Shown here in pieces: positions 1-9,356 of a DNA stretch of 64,000 nt; position 1 is the first letter of the stretch, and every line of letters starts with the position of its first letter. Made by a program: the position numbers and the translations under genes. Below the pieces are notes generated by a model. The model was not told where the DNA came from, made no database searches, and saw nothing but the letters and a program-made list of their open reading frames with translations. The DNA comes from an uncultured Planctomycetota bacterium (GTDB lineage Bacteria > Planctomycetota > Phycisphaerae > Tepidisphaerales > Tepidisphaeraceae), in assembly GCA_963841915.1 (NCBI GenBank), contig CAWJEN010000006.1:1600001-1664000 (forward strand), given 5' to 3'.

Positions 1-2
1 TC

Positions 3-407
3 GACCACGCCACCGCCGCCAGCCTTGCGTGCGAGGAGCGTCTGCTGATCTGCGCGACGCACTACGAGGGCTACGACGAACGTTTCCGCGAGGCGTACGA
101 CTTCGAAGAGATCAGCCTCGGCGACTTCGTTCTCAGCGGCGGTGAGTTGGCGGCGATGGTGGTCATTGATGCCGTAGTACGTCTCATTCCCGGCGTACTC
201 GGGCACGGGGAGGGCAACCAGCACGACAGCTTCGCCGACGCCGCCGACGGGTTGCTGGAAGGACCGCAGTACACGCGGCCGAGGTCGTGGAAGGGCCGTG
301 AAGTGCCGGAGATCTTGATGAACGGCGACCACAAGAAGATTGACGCTTGGCGGCATGAGCAGCGTCTGGAGCGGACGAGGCAGCGTCGACCAGACCTGCT
401 GAAGTGA
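3..407 (+). CDS. trmD: tRNA (guanine-N1)-methyltransferase TrmD, 5'-partial
   Basis: Frame open from base 3: [20 protein letters not shown] and [10 protein letters not shown] motifs; directly upstream of rplS. Confidence 0.97.
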   Translation, partial: DHATAASLACEERLLICATHYEGYDERFREAYDFEEISLGDFVLSGGELAAMVVIDAVVRLIPGVLGHGEGNQHDSFADAADGLLEGPQYTRPRSWKGREVPEILMNGDHKKIDAWRHEQRLERTRQRRPDLLK

Positions 408-493
408 CCGCAACTGCGGATCGCAGCTTTGCGTTTCACTTTCGGCAGGTGGTCGGCCTACAGTGCCCGCCCGACCCGACGGAGACGCACGCC

Positions 494-913
494 ATGATTC
501 ACCCTCTCATCCAGGCCGCCGAGGCCGCGACCCTCAAGGTTTCCGACGCTGTCCCGCAACTTGCGGTGGGTGACGACGTGGACGTCAACTACCGCATTGT
601 CGAGGGCAAAAAGGAGCGCGTCCAGCGTTTCAGCGGCGTGGTCATCTCGATCAAGGGTCGCGGCCCGACGAAGGTGTTCACCGTCCGTCGCCTCGTCGCT
701 GGCCAGGGCGTGGAGCGTATTTTTCCGTTCCACTCGCCGAACGTGACCGAGGTCAAGATCCGTCGCAGCGGCCGCACCCGGCGTGCCCGGCTTTACTACC
801 TGCGCGACCGCGTCGGTAAGGCCACCCGCCTTGCCGAGAAGAAGGACCCTTCCCTCCTCGCCAAGCAGGCCGAGAAGAAGGCCGCCAAGGCTGCCAAGGC
901 TAAGGCGAACTAG
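494..913 (+). CDS. rplS: 50S ribosomal protein L19
   Basis: GDDVDVNYRIVEGKKERVQRFSG, FTVRR, GVERIFP and RRARLYYLR motifs; GGAGA RBS at 481; trmD-rplS synteny. Confidence 0.97.
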   Translation: MIHPLIQAAEAATLKVSDAVPQLAVGDDVDVNYRIVEGKKERVQRFSGVVISIKGRGPTKVFTVRRLVAGQGVERIFPFHSPNVTEVKIRRSGRTRRARLYYLRDRVGKATRLAEKKDPSLLAKQAEKKAAKAAKAKAN

Positions 914-936
914 ATCTTTTGAAATCAACAGCATTC

Positions 937-968
937 ATGGCACGGCCGATCGGCCGTGCCATCTTTGT
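937..968 (+). terminator. Intrinsic terminator after rplS
   Basis: 26-bp perfect palindrome ATGGCACGGCCGATCGGCCGTGCCAT (937-962) followed by ctttgt. Confidence 0.7.
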
Positions 969-1009
969 TGCTGCGGGACAGCATCGGATTGTTCGGGTAG
1001 AGTAAGGGC

Positions 1010-2116
1010 GTGCAGGAATCGTACGAGTATGCCGATGCGTTACCTGATGGCTTGGCCCGTCGGCGTGGCTCGGGTCTCAACCCGGCCAATCGGTTTCAAC
1101 CGCACCGCTTCCACCTTGACGGCGACTGGCTCGACGAGCAAGAGCCGCAAGATCACCCCAGGCGGGTGCCACTCGAAGTCATCGCTGACCACACGCGGCG
1201 AGTCATCCATCGCGTGCAGGCGACGAGCGATGTGCCGTTCAACTGGACGCTCAATCCTTACCGCGGCTGCGAACACGGCTGTGTCTATTGCTATGCGAGG
1301 CCTTGGCACGAGTACCTCGGTTACTCGGCCGGCCTCGATTTCGAGACGAAGATCGTCGCTAAGCACGAAGCACCCGACCTGCTGCGGCGAGAGCTGGCCA
1401 GCCCGTCCTGGCGTGGTGAGCCGATCGTCATGTCGGCCATCACCGACGTGTATCAGCCTATCGAGGCAAAGCTGGGCATCGTCCGCCGCTGCCTGGAGGT
1501 GCTGGCCGAGGCGAACCAGCCCGTGAGCACGATGACCAAGGGCAGCTTGGTGCTTCGCGATCTCGATCTTTGGGAGCAGCTTGCCTCCAAGAAGGCGGCG
1601 CGGGTGACGGTGACGCTCGTGACGCTTGACGATCAGCTGGCCAAGTCGCTCGAACCACGGGCGGCGTCACCAAAGCGTCGGTTGCGGATGATCCGCGAGC
1701 TCACCGATGCTGGCGTGGACGTCGCGGTCAATGTCGCACCGGTTATTCCCGGTCTGACCGACCACGAGGTGCCCCAAATCGTTGAAGCGGTGGCCGATCA
1801 CGGGGCGAAGTCTGCGTCCTGGGTGCTACTGCGGTTGCCTTGCCAGCTCAAGGCTATCTTCCTCGATTGGCTGCAACGGTCGGTTCATCCGTCTCGGGCC
1901 AGGAAGGTCGAGTCGCTGCTCCGCCAAGCCCGCAACGGCAAGCTCTATGACGCCGAAACACGATGGGATCCGCAGGGGCCGCTGGCGAAGCAAACGGGGC
2001 AAGTCTTCGACGTTTTCTGTAAAAGGCACGGCATGAGCGTCGAGCGTCAGCCGCTCGAGAGCCAGCACTTTCGGCCACCTGTGCCGCGTGGTGGGCAGTT
2101 CGGCTTGTTCGGCTGA
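1010..2116 (+). CDS. PA0069/Rv2578c-family radical SAM protein (SPL-like)
   Basis: NPYRGCEHGCVYCYAR (CxxxCxxC), AGLDFETKI, TDVYQPIE, LEPRA, APVIPGL; C-terminal QFGLF. Confidence 0.9.
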   Translation: MQESYEYADALPDGLARRRGSGLNPANRFQPHRFHLDGDWLDEQEPQDHPRRVPLEVIADHTRRVIHRVQATSDVPFNWTLNPYRGCEHGCVYCYARPWHEYLGYSAGLDFETKIVAKHEAPDLLRRELASPSWRGEPIVMSAITDVYQPIEAKLGIVRRCLEVLAEANQPVSTMTKGSLVLRDLDLWEQLASKKAARVTVTLVTLDDQLAKSLEPRAASPKRRLRMIRELTDAGVDVAVNVAPVIPGLTDHEVPQIVEAVADHGAKSASWVLLRLPCQLKAIFLDWLQRSVHPSRARKVESLLRQARNGKLYDAETRWDPQGPLAKQTGQVFDVFCKRHGMSVERQPLESQHFRPPVPRGGQFGLFG

Positions 2117-2124
2117 CGCGAGTT

Positions 2125-3087
2125 TCAGATGGCACTGCGGTCGGTGCGGTACTGCGAGGGTGTGACGCCGTGATGTCGACGGAAGCTACGGATGAAGCTG
2201 GCGTGCGACTGAAAGCCCATGTCGAAGGCAATGTGCTTGATCGGTTCGTTGCCGCCTCGGAGCCGTCGGCTGGCTTCCTGCAGCCGGAGTTCAAGCAGAA
2301 ACTGGTGAGGCGGTACGCCGTAATGCCGTTTAAATGCACGCGTCAGGTGTTCGCGGCTGACGTCGTGCAGTGCGGCTAAGTCGGCAACCGTCCAATCACG
2401 GCGGATGTCGTTCCGCAGACTCGCCTCTGCCGCCAACGCAAGGTCTGGCGTGACCTTGCCGCGACTGGCGGCACCCGATTCGGCCACGCTCAGCAATGCC
2501 TCAAAGACATCGTCTGCCAGTCGCAGGGCGGCGGCGCCGGACATTTCAGTGACGTGATCTGGTGAGCGTGAGACCTGCTGAAGTCGACGGACGAGCAGAT
2601 GATCAAGCCCGAGTCGGTAGACCCGTCCGTATCGCTGGACGAGCGACTTGGCGGTGGTCACCGCGACGCTGCCGTTGAGGATGAGGCCGATAAACTCCCA
2701 CGGCCCCCGGTGGGCGGGGTGATAGGACTCCCAGATGCCGTCATTTTCCTCGACAAATCGCAGGACGGCCTCGCCCGGTCTGAGCTGCCAGAGTGGCCCG
2801 CTTTTGGACCGCCCGACGGCACCGCCGGCAGTGAGTGAGATCTTAACCACGACGTGATCCGGCATGGGTGTCTGGCGGACGTGGTCGATGTCGTATCGCG
2901 GCGACAACGCCTGGCCGCGGCCGACATAGTGCGGCGCAGGCAGATCGGGTAAGCGATCCCGCACCCGAAACCACGTGTAGTCGAGCATTCGATACGACTT
3001 GTCGGCCAACTCGAGCGAGCGGTCGGGCGGAAAGGCGTTGGCAGGCTCCGGCGGAGCGACGCGAATGTGTGCTGCAACGTTGGACAT
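2125..3087 (-). CDS. AraC-family transcriptional regulator
   Basis: C-terminal double HTH (SREHLTRAFKRHYG...IAFDMGFQSHASFIRSFRRHHGVTPSQYR); start could be 3087 or 3123. Confidence 0.9.
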   Translation of the reverse strand: MSNVAAHIRVAPPEPANAFPPDRSLELADKSYRMLDYTWFRVRDRLPDLPAPHYVGRGQALSPRYDIDHVRQTPMPDHVVVKISLTAGGAVGRSKSGPLWQLRPGEAVLRFVEENDGIWESYHPAHRGPWEFIGLILNGSVAVTTAKSLVQRYGRVYRLGLDHLLVRRLQQVSRSPDHVTEMSGAAALRLADDVFEALLSVAESGAASRGKVTPDLALAAEASLRNDIRRDWTVADLAALHDVSREHLTRAFKRHYGVPPHQFLLELRLQEASRRLRGGNEPIKHIAFDMGFQSHASFIRSFRRHHGVTPSQYRTDRSAI

Positions 3088-3108
3088 CGGGTTGGCCTGC
3101 TGGGCGTG

Positions 3109-3161
3109 GTCACATCTCGGCAAGCCATGTCACAAGAACAGGCTTGGCGTCGGCATCATAA
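3109..3161 (+). promoter_or_regulatory. Putative AraC-type direct-repeat site and promoter of PEP-CTERM gene 1
   Basis: GTCACA at 3109 and 3129 (20-bp period), then GCATCATAA at 3153; same layout at 4341-4394. Confidence 0.5.
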
Positions 3162-3363
3162 CCGTTTAGTCTAAGTCTTGCAGCCGAACTCGTCGCGGTC
3201 GGCCGCATCACACCCGCTTTTGCACGACCGTGCCACCGCGGGTGGCGAGGAGTCGCGACACCCGGCTGATGATCTAGGTCATGGCCGGTAGATTCAGTCC
3301 ATGCTGCCAGACACGTGCAGCAACGCCGGCAAAGAGCCGGCACCCTAAGGAGCAGGAGCCACA

Positions 3364-4206
3364 ATGAAAAAGTTCACCACGACCGTCGCCCTCGGTGCGG
3401 CAACCGTTTTCGCCACCGCCGCGATGAGTGCAGCTCAAACGGTGCTGTACAGCGATTCCTTCAACCGTACGAGCGGAATGGGTGACGCCACCGGTGGCGT
3501 TGGTGACTCCGACTGGGGCATGAACGACAACGCCCTCGGCGGTTCGCTGCAGTCGACCTATTTCGTCGGACCTGAGCGTGCAGGTGGAGCGAACCAGGTT
3601 GTCAACCAGGAAGGCGTGCTCGTCGACGGCGGGGCCTTCTTGAACCTCGACGCCAGCGTGGGGTCACCACTCGGCTTTACCGTCGCGTTTGACTTCGACC
3701 GCTTCTACAACAATCCCGCCGGCCAAGGCAACGGCTTCATTGCTGTCGGCCTCGGGGTCGATGCCACCGCAACCGATGCCACCATCGGCGGCTCTGGATT
3801 CGTCGTCAATAACTCCGACACCGCAGTGCTGTTCCAGCAAGGTGCCGGCGGCAACGTCGGTAACGGCCAGGTCTTCACCGATGACAGTGCGGCACCCGCC
3901 TTCGGCAACGCATTCGACTACGGCGACCCGACGGCCGTGCACAGCGTGCTGCTGACGGTCGTTCCACAAATAGCCGGCCTGTACGGATCGGCTGACCTGG
4001 TCGACATCAACGTTACGGTCGACGGCAACAGCCTTTTCGACTACACAACGCTCGGCGGTGACAACTTCGGCAGCTTTGCTGTCAGCAGCAACTCTTTCAC
4101 TGCACGATCGATTGACAACCTCGTCGTCAGCTCGATCGTCCCGGAGCCGACGAGCCTTGCCCTGATCGGACTCGGTGGCCTGGCAGCGTTGCGTCGCCGC
4201 CGCTGA
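3364..4206 (+). CDS. PEP-CTERM sorting-domain protein
   Basis: Signal peptide; ends VPEPTSLALIGLGGLAALRRRR; AGGAG RBS. Confidence 0.93.
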   Translation: MKKFTTTVALGAATVFATAAMSAAQTVLYSDSFNRTSGMGDATGGVGDSDWGMNDNALGGSLQSTYFVGPERAGGANQVVNQEGVLVDGGAFLNLDASVGSPLGFTVAFDFDRFYNNPAGQGNGFIAVGLGVDATATDATIGGSGFVVNNSDTAVLFQQGAGGNVGNGQVFTDDSAAPAFGNAFDYGDPTAVHSVLLTVVPQIAGLYGSADLVDINVTVDGNSLFDYTTLGGDNFGSFAVSSNSFTARSIDNLVVSSIVPEPTSLALIGLGGLAALRRRR

Positions 4207-4340
4207 ACGGGTGATCTGTTACAACCGCTGCGAGCGTCACAAGGTCGCCCGCTTCAAGCTCTGGCCCCGCCGCGGAACAGTTCGTGGTGGGGCCGTTTGC
4301 GTGTACGGCAAGGCCCGGGACGGCGGCGGGTTCGATTGCA

Positions 4341-4394
4341 GTCACAAGAGGCGAATCCTTGTCACATGCCACACCATTGGCACGAGCATCATAA
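4341..4394 (+). promoter_or_regulatory. Putative AraC-type direct-repeat site and promoter of PEP-CTERM gene 2
   Basis: GTCACA at 4341 and 4361, GCATCATAA at 4386; parallels 3109-3161. Confidence 0.5.
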
Positions 4395-4586
4395 GCGATT
4401 ATGCTCGCTACTGCCGTCGATCTCGTCGCAGTCGGCGGCATCACACCCCGGTCAGTTTCCCATTGCGGAGCCGATGGTGTCGAGGAGGTGCGACGACCCG
4501 GCCCGACAGCGCCGGCTTCACAGTTATCCATCACACTCGCAGTGTGACCGCCCGTGCTGCACGGGCAACCAGGAGCAGGAGAAAAC

Positions 4587-5672
4587 ATGAACAAGCTCAA
4601 CCTCGCGGCCGCCGTTGGCGTCGCCACCCTCTTTGCCACCGCCAGCTTCAGCAGCGGTCAGATCCTCTTCAGCGACTCCTTTAGTCGGACCACCGGCATG
4701 GGTGGTCCCGTCAACGACACTGTCGGTGACTCCGATTGGGGTGCCAACGACAACCTGCTCGGTGGGTCGCAGTCGGCCACGTACCTCGTCGGCCCGGAGC
4801 GCGGCGGCGGTGCAAACCAGGTCGTCAATCAGGAGGGCTTCACCATCGAAGGTGCCGCGTTCCTGCCGCTCGATGCCGCCGCTTCTTCGCCGATGGGCTT
4901 CACGGTCGGCTTTGACTTTGACAGATTTGCCGGACCCAGTGATGGCGGTGACGGCAACGGCTACATCGCGATCGGCCTCGGGGCCGACCTGTCGCTTGAC
5001 CAGTCCGCCCTGGGCGGTGCTGCTTTTGCACTCAACAACACCGACACAGCCGTCTTGTTTCAACAGGGCGTTGACGGCAACGTCGGTAACGGTCAAGTCT
5101 TCACCAACGACGGCACGATCAACATGCCGCCGGCGTTTCCCGCCGCCTTCGACTACGGCGACCCGACCGCCTCGCACAGCGTCGTACTCACAGCCGTCCC
5201 GCAGGTCACCGGTCTCTACGGCGACAGCGACCTCGTCGACATCAACGTCACCGTCGACGGCAACAGCCTCTTTGACTACACGACCAACGGCGGCACCGAC
5301 TTTGGCACGTTCTCCGTCAGCAGCAACGGCTTCGTCTTCCGCTCGATCGATAACCTCGTCGTCGAAGCCATCATGGATGATGTCCGCCTGCCCGGCGACG
5401 CTAACGGTGACGGCACCGTCTCCATCCTCGACTTCGCCATCCTGCGGGCCAACTTCGGCAGCAACATGGGCACCTTCGAGACCGGCGACTTCAACGAAGA
5501 CGGCCTTGTTTCCATCCTCGACTTCGCCATCCTTCGCGCCAACTTCGGCACGAGCCTGACGCCGGCCCAGCTTGCAACGGTCGACGCCTGGTACGCCAGC
5601 GTCGTCCCCGAGCCGACGACCGCCGCCCTGCTCGCCCTTGGCGGACTGGCGATGCTGCGTCGTCGCCGTTGA
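4587..5672 (+). CDS. PEP-CTERM protein with dockerin-like repeat; paralogue of 3364-4206
   Basis: Shares blocks with the upstream gene (VGDSDWG, GPERxGGANQVVNQEG, DLVDINVTVDGNSLFDYTT); two GDxNxDGxVSILDFAILRANFG repeats; VPEP...RRRR end. Confidence 0.92.
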   Translation: MNKLNLAAAVGVATLFATASFSSGQILFSDSFSRTTGMGGPVNDTVGDSDWGANDNLLGGSQSATYLVGPERGGGANQVVNQEGFTIEGAAFLPLDAAASSPMGFTVGFDFDRFAGPSDGGDGNGYIAIGLGADLSLDQSALGGAAFALNNTDTAVLFQQGVDGNVGNGQVFTNDGTINMPPAFPAAFDYGDPTASHSVVLTAVPQVTGLYGDSDLVDINVTVDGNSLFDYTTNGGTDFGTFSVSSNGFVFRSIDNLVVEAIMDDVRLPGDANGDGTVSILDFAILRANFGSNMGTFETGDFNEDGLVSILDFAILRANFGTSLTPAQLATVDAWYASVVPEPTTAALLALGGLAMLRRRR

Positions 5673-5768
5673 GACGTTGCGGGGTCTCGTCTCAGCGTAA
5701 AGCGGCTCCGCCCCTGATGGGTCGGAGCCGTTCGTCTTTCTGCTTCTTCCACCACAAACCGACTGCTC

Positions 5769-8700
5769 ATGGTTTCTCTTCGATTTCCTTGGTGTTTTCG
5801 CACCTTTACCGTGGCCGCGGGCCTTCTACTCGGGGTGCAGGGGGTGTGGGCACAGGACGCCGCGCCGGCCACGCCAGTCCCAGACTCCGGGTTGAATGCC
5901 GAGAGCGACCGCGGCGTGGGCGTGGCAGGTCGTCCGGCTGCTGTTGACGATCTGGTGGGTCAGGCCGGTGAGACGGCCGACATCCTGCCGGTCGTCCGCC
6001 TGACACCACGTGACGTGCGCGTGCCCGGTGGCATCTGGCGAGGCAAGCACAGCCTGACAGGCGAATGGACGTATCAGCCGAAGGTGCCCGATAGCTTTGA
6101 CGGCTCTGCCGCGAGCCTGGGCGACGGCACGACGAAGCTGCAGATCCCGGGGCACCCGATGATGCACGGCTTCGACAAGCTGACGAAGGAGACAGGCCAC
6201 GCCGTCGGCTGGACACGGACCTTCGCCGTTCCCGACGCTTGGAAGAACGACGAGACCGTCGTCCGCGTCCGCTTCGAGTCGCTCGACGGCCTCAACACCG
6301 TCTACGTCAACGGCCAGGAGGTCGGTCGCAGTGAGCGGGTCAATCTGCCCAGCGAATTCGACATCACCAGCGCCCTCGACAAGAACGGAGACAACGAGAT
6401 CACGATTTCGCAGGAATGGTCGCTGGCCACGCATTGGAGCAAGCGAAACCTCGGCACGATCGCCCGCGACGTCTACCTGCAGGCGCTGCCACCGGTGAAC
6501 ATCGCACGGCTGCACGTCGACACGGATCTGTCGGACGATCTGACGTCGGCGATCGTCAAGGCACACCTGCGGATCGCCAACGACGCCGACGAACCCGTGG
6601 CCGACCCGCACGTGCGTCTGACGCTCATGGGGCCAGGCGAGGAGCGCGTACCGGTCGCGCTCGACAGCCGAGACATTCCGCTACCCGCCATCGCGGCACG
6701 GCAGATGCTCGAGACCACGATCCCGTTCCCTGCGAGCGGTTTCGAGACGTGGGATGCAGAGAACCCCAACCTCTACCACCTCAAGGCGGAGCTGATTCTC
6801 GACGCCGAGCCGGTGATGGAGGCGACGCAGCGGTTCGGCTTCCGCAAGATCACGACCGACGGCCGCGGTCGTCTGCTGGTCAACGGCTCACCGATCAAGC
6901 TGCGGGGCACGAACTACCACATGAGCTGGCCGGGCGTTGGTTACTTCGGCACACCGACGCAGGCGCGGCTGGACTTGGAGCGGTGGCTCGACGCGAACAT
7001 GAACGTCCTGCGGGTCCGACCAACGCCCATGATCGAGTACGTCGAGATGTGCGACGAACTGGGCATGTACACCACGATAGAGGCGATGTTCACGCTCATG
7101 ATGTACGACAAAGGCCCACTCGGTGACCGCGGGGCTGACCCGAGCATCGCGCCCGGCGTCCGCGAGCACATGGCGGCCATGATCGAAAGCTACCGCAGCC
7201 ACCCGTCGGTCCTCATGTGGGGCCTCGGCAACGAATGCCCGTACTACGACTACTTCAAGACGGCTGCACTGGGCATGAAGAATACCGGCATCGCCGAGCC
7301 GCTCTTCTTCGGCAGCGACGACCGGCTCGGCGTCGGCATCGACTTCATGGACGTCAACGACGACCACTACCCACGCCTCGGCGACGCCAACTTCAGCGAC
7401 CTCTCCAAGATCGAAGGCGTCGGCTGGGACTACCCCAAGAACCGGCCCAACATGTTCACCGAGTGGTGCCACATCCCGGCTAACAACATCAAGGAGATTC
7501 TGTTCGATCCGGGCATCGACGACTACTGGGGCTGGTACGCCCAGCTGCACGCCGACTGGATGGTTGCTCCTGAAAACGAGCACATTGCAGGCGGATTTCT
7601 GTTCCTCGGTGCGCCGGAACGCAAGCTCGGCTCGACCTTCCCGTGGCGTGGCTTCTTCGATGCCTACCGGCGTCCGTACGACATGGCGTGGCACGTCAAG
7701 AAGAGTCACTCGCCCGTCCGAATCGCAAAGCCCGACGGCATCCTCGATGGTGACGTCGTCACCGTCGCCGTCGACAACCGCTTCGACTTCCGCAACTTCA
7801 GCGACATGACCATCCGCTGGCAGCAGGGCGACCGCTCCGGCACAATCAAAGCTGACGTCGAGCCGCACGCGACCGGCACGCTCGACGTGCCGTTCCACGT
7901 GGAACACGACGAGCCGACGCAGCTCAGCTTCATCGATCCGAGCGGCCGCGTCATCGACATCTACGAGATCGGACAGACGCACCTGAAAAGGGACGAAGCA
8001 CCTTCGGTCGCTTCGGAAACGCTGACGGTCGAAGAGGCCGACGACAGGATCACGGTCACGGTCGGCGAGCAGACGTTCGTCCTGACCAACGGCCTGATCA
8101 CGTCGGCAACAATTGACGGCCGCGAGGTGCTTGCCGGTCAGCCGGAACTGGTGATCAGGCCGACGCAGTTCGTAAACTTCCGGGGCAACCAGAAGCTATC
8201 GCTCGTCAACCAGGCCATCGACTGGCAGGCCGACGACGTGAACGTTCAAGAGGAGCGCGACCGTGTCGTCATCACCGCCGCCGGTAAGTACACGCACGCC
8301 GAAGGTCGGTTCGTCACGACGATCGACGACACCGGGGCCGTCAGCGTCAGCTACGACTTCGGCTGGACGAGCGACTTGTCGTTCAACTGCTTCTCGTGGG
8401 GCTACGCGCTGCAAGTCGCAGAGCCTGTGGACACGCTCGTTTGGGAGCGTGACGCGCAGTGGAGTGCGTACCCCAGCGACCACATCGGCCGCCGGGCGGG
8501 GACCGCGCCGGCTCGGGGTGATCCGGCCTACGCGTCAGCCCGCGCCGCCGCTGCGTCACCGGTCGACGGCTCGCTCATGGCCGACATGGACCGCGCGTTG
8601 CCGTGGCCCTGGTCGCAGGACATCGTCTTTGGCAGCTTCGTGACCAACGACTTCCGATCGACCAAAATGCACTACCGCACGGGTGGTTTGGTCGACAAGG

Positions 8701-8975
8701 ACGGCGTCGGTGTCAGGCTCATCGGTGACGGCACCTCGCACGTCCACGCTGTGCCCGTCAACGACACCATCAACGGCGAGACGTTCGAGACCGAATTCCA
8801 TCCCGACTCGCCGCAACGCCAGACCGGCCGATGGTTCCTGCAGGACCTGATGTTCTACCAAGGCTCCAGCGAACCGCACCTGACGAAGTCGATCAAGTTC
8901 GACGCCCTCCAGGTCGACCGTGGCACACGCTTCAACGGCACCGTCAGCTACCGGCTGACGGATGCCGATGAGTGA
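5769..8975 (+). CDS. Glycoside hydrolase family 2 (beta-galactosidase-like), secreted
   Basis: WDAENPNLY, FGFRKI, NGSPIKLRGTNYH, CDELGMY, HPSVLMWGLGNE (acid/base), TEW; signal peptide. Confidence 0.88.
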   Translation: MVSLRFPWCFRTFTVAAGLLLGVQGVWAQDAAPATPVPDSGLNAESDRGVGVAGRPAAVDDLVGQAGETADILPVVRLTPRDVRVPGGIWRGKHSLTGEWTYQPKVPDSFDGSAASLGDGTTKLQIPGHPMMHGFDKLTKETGHAVGWTRTFAVPDAWKNDETVVRVRFESLDGLNTVYVNGQEVGRSERVNLPSEFDITSALDKNGDNEITISQEWSLATHWSKRNLGTIARDVYLQALPPVNIARLHVDTDLSDDLTSAIVKAHLRIANDADEPVADPHVRLTLMGPGEERVPVALDSRDIPLPAIAARQMLETTIPFPASGFETWDAENPNLYHLKAELILDAEPVMEATQRFGFRKITTDGRGRLLVNGSPIKLRGTNYHMSWPGVGYFGTPTQARLDLERWLDANMNVLRVRPTPMIEYVEMCDELGMYTTIEAMFTLMMYDKGPLGDRGADPSIAPGVREHMAAMIESYRSHPSVLMWGLGNECPYYDYFKTAALGMKNTGIAEPLFFGSDDRLGVGIDFMDVNDDHYPRLGDANFSDLSKIEGVGWDYPKNRPNMFTEWCHIPANNIKEILFDPGIDDYWGWYAQLHADWMVAPENEHIAGGFLFLGAPERKLGSTFPWRGFFDAYRRPYDMAWHVKKSHSPVRIAKPDGILDGDVVTVAVDNRFDFRNFSDMTIRWQQGDRSGTIKADVEPHATGTLDVPFHVEHDEPTQLSFIDPSGRVIDIYEIGQTHLKRDEAPSVASETLTVEEADDRITVTVGEQTFVLTNGLITSATIDGREVLAGQPELVIRPTQFVNFRGNQKLSLVNQAIDWQADDVNVQEERDRVVITAAGKYTHAEGRFVTTIDDTGAVSVSYDFGWTSDLSFNCFSWGYALQVAEPVDTLVWERDAQWSAYPSDHIGRRAGTAPARGDPAYASARAAAASPVDGSLMADMDRALPWPWSQDIVFGSFVTNDFRSTKMHYRTGGLVDKDGVGVRLIGDGTSHVHAVPVNDTINGETFETEFHPDSPQRQTGRWFLQDLMFYQGSSEPHLTKSIKFDALQVDRGTRFNGTVSYRLTDADE
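7891..7906. promoter_or_regulatory. parS-like site inside the GH2 gene
   Basis: CGTTCCACGTGGAACA, 15/16 match to TGTTCCACGTGGAACA; encodes FHVEH. Confidence 0.6.
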
Positions 8976-9043
8976 CATTGGCGGAATTGCGTGTTGCGCG
9001 ATGGCGGCCGCCGGGGGTTTGGGATTGGTCGGCGGGCTCGGAA

Positions 9044-9059
9044 TGTTCCACGTGGAACA
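9044..9059. promoter_or_regulatory. parS site (ParB-binding palindrome)
   Basis: TGTTCCACGTGGAACA matches consensus TGTTNCACGTGNAACA; centre of a 38-bp perfect palindrome 9033-9070. Confidence 0.78.
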
Positions 9060-9116
9060 TTCCGAGCCCGTTTTGCATGACGCCAGTGGGGATTCGGCCT
9101 CGCCGCCGGTTGCCGA

Positions 9117-9132
9117 TGTTCCACGTGGAGCG
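9117..9132. promoter_or_regulatory. Degenerate parS-like site
   Basis: TGTTCCACGTGGAGCG, 14/16 match. Confidence 0.5.
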
Positions 9133-9290
9133 CGAGTCATCGTCGGCGAGTGCGTCGGCGGGTCGTACGCCGTGCGGGCAGACGCGGCTGTGTGTCGTCG
9201 GCCGATTGCGGTCGGGCGTCGGTGTTGTGCGACAGGGGTCGGCGCGACTGCGTCCGCCGATGCATTGCGCCGCCGCGGCCGCCTTTGCGC

Positions 9291-9328
9291 AAAAGGACAG
9301 GCGGATCGCACGATGCGATCCGCCTGTC
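9291..9328 (-). terminator. Intrinsic terminator of the minus-strand DUF1559 gene
   Basis: 15-bp stem GACAGGCGGATCGCA-cga-TGCGATCCGCCTGTC (9296-9328), followed by CTTTT on the minus strand. Confidence 0.7.
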
Positions 9329-9356
9329 ACCGACGTGGAGGAGGTTCAGGAAAGCG

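Noticed and set aside
5390..5550. Direct DNA repeat in PEP-CTERM gene 2
   Set aside because: Explained by the two halves of the dockerin-like domain.
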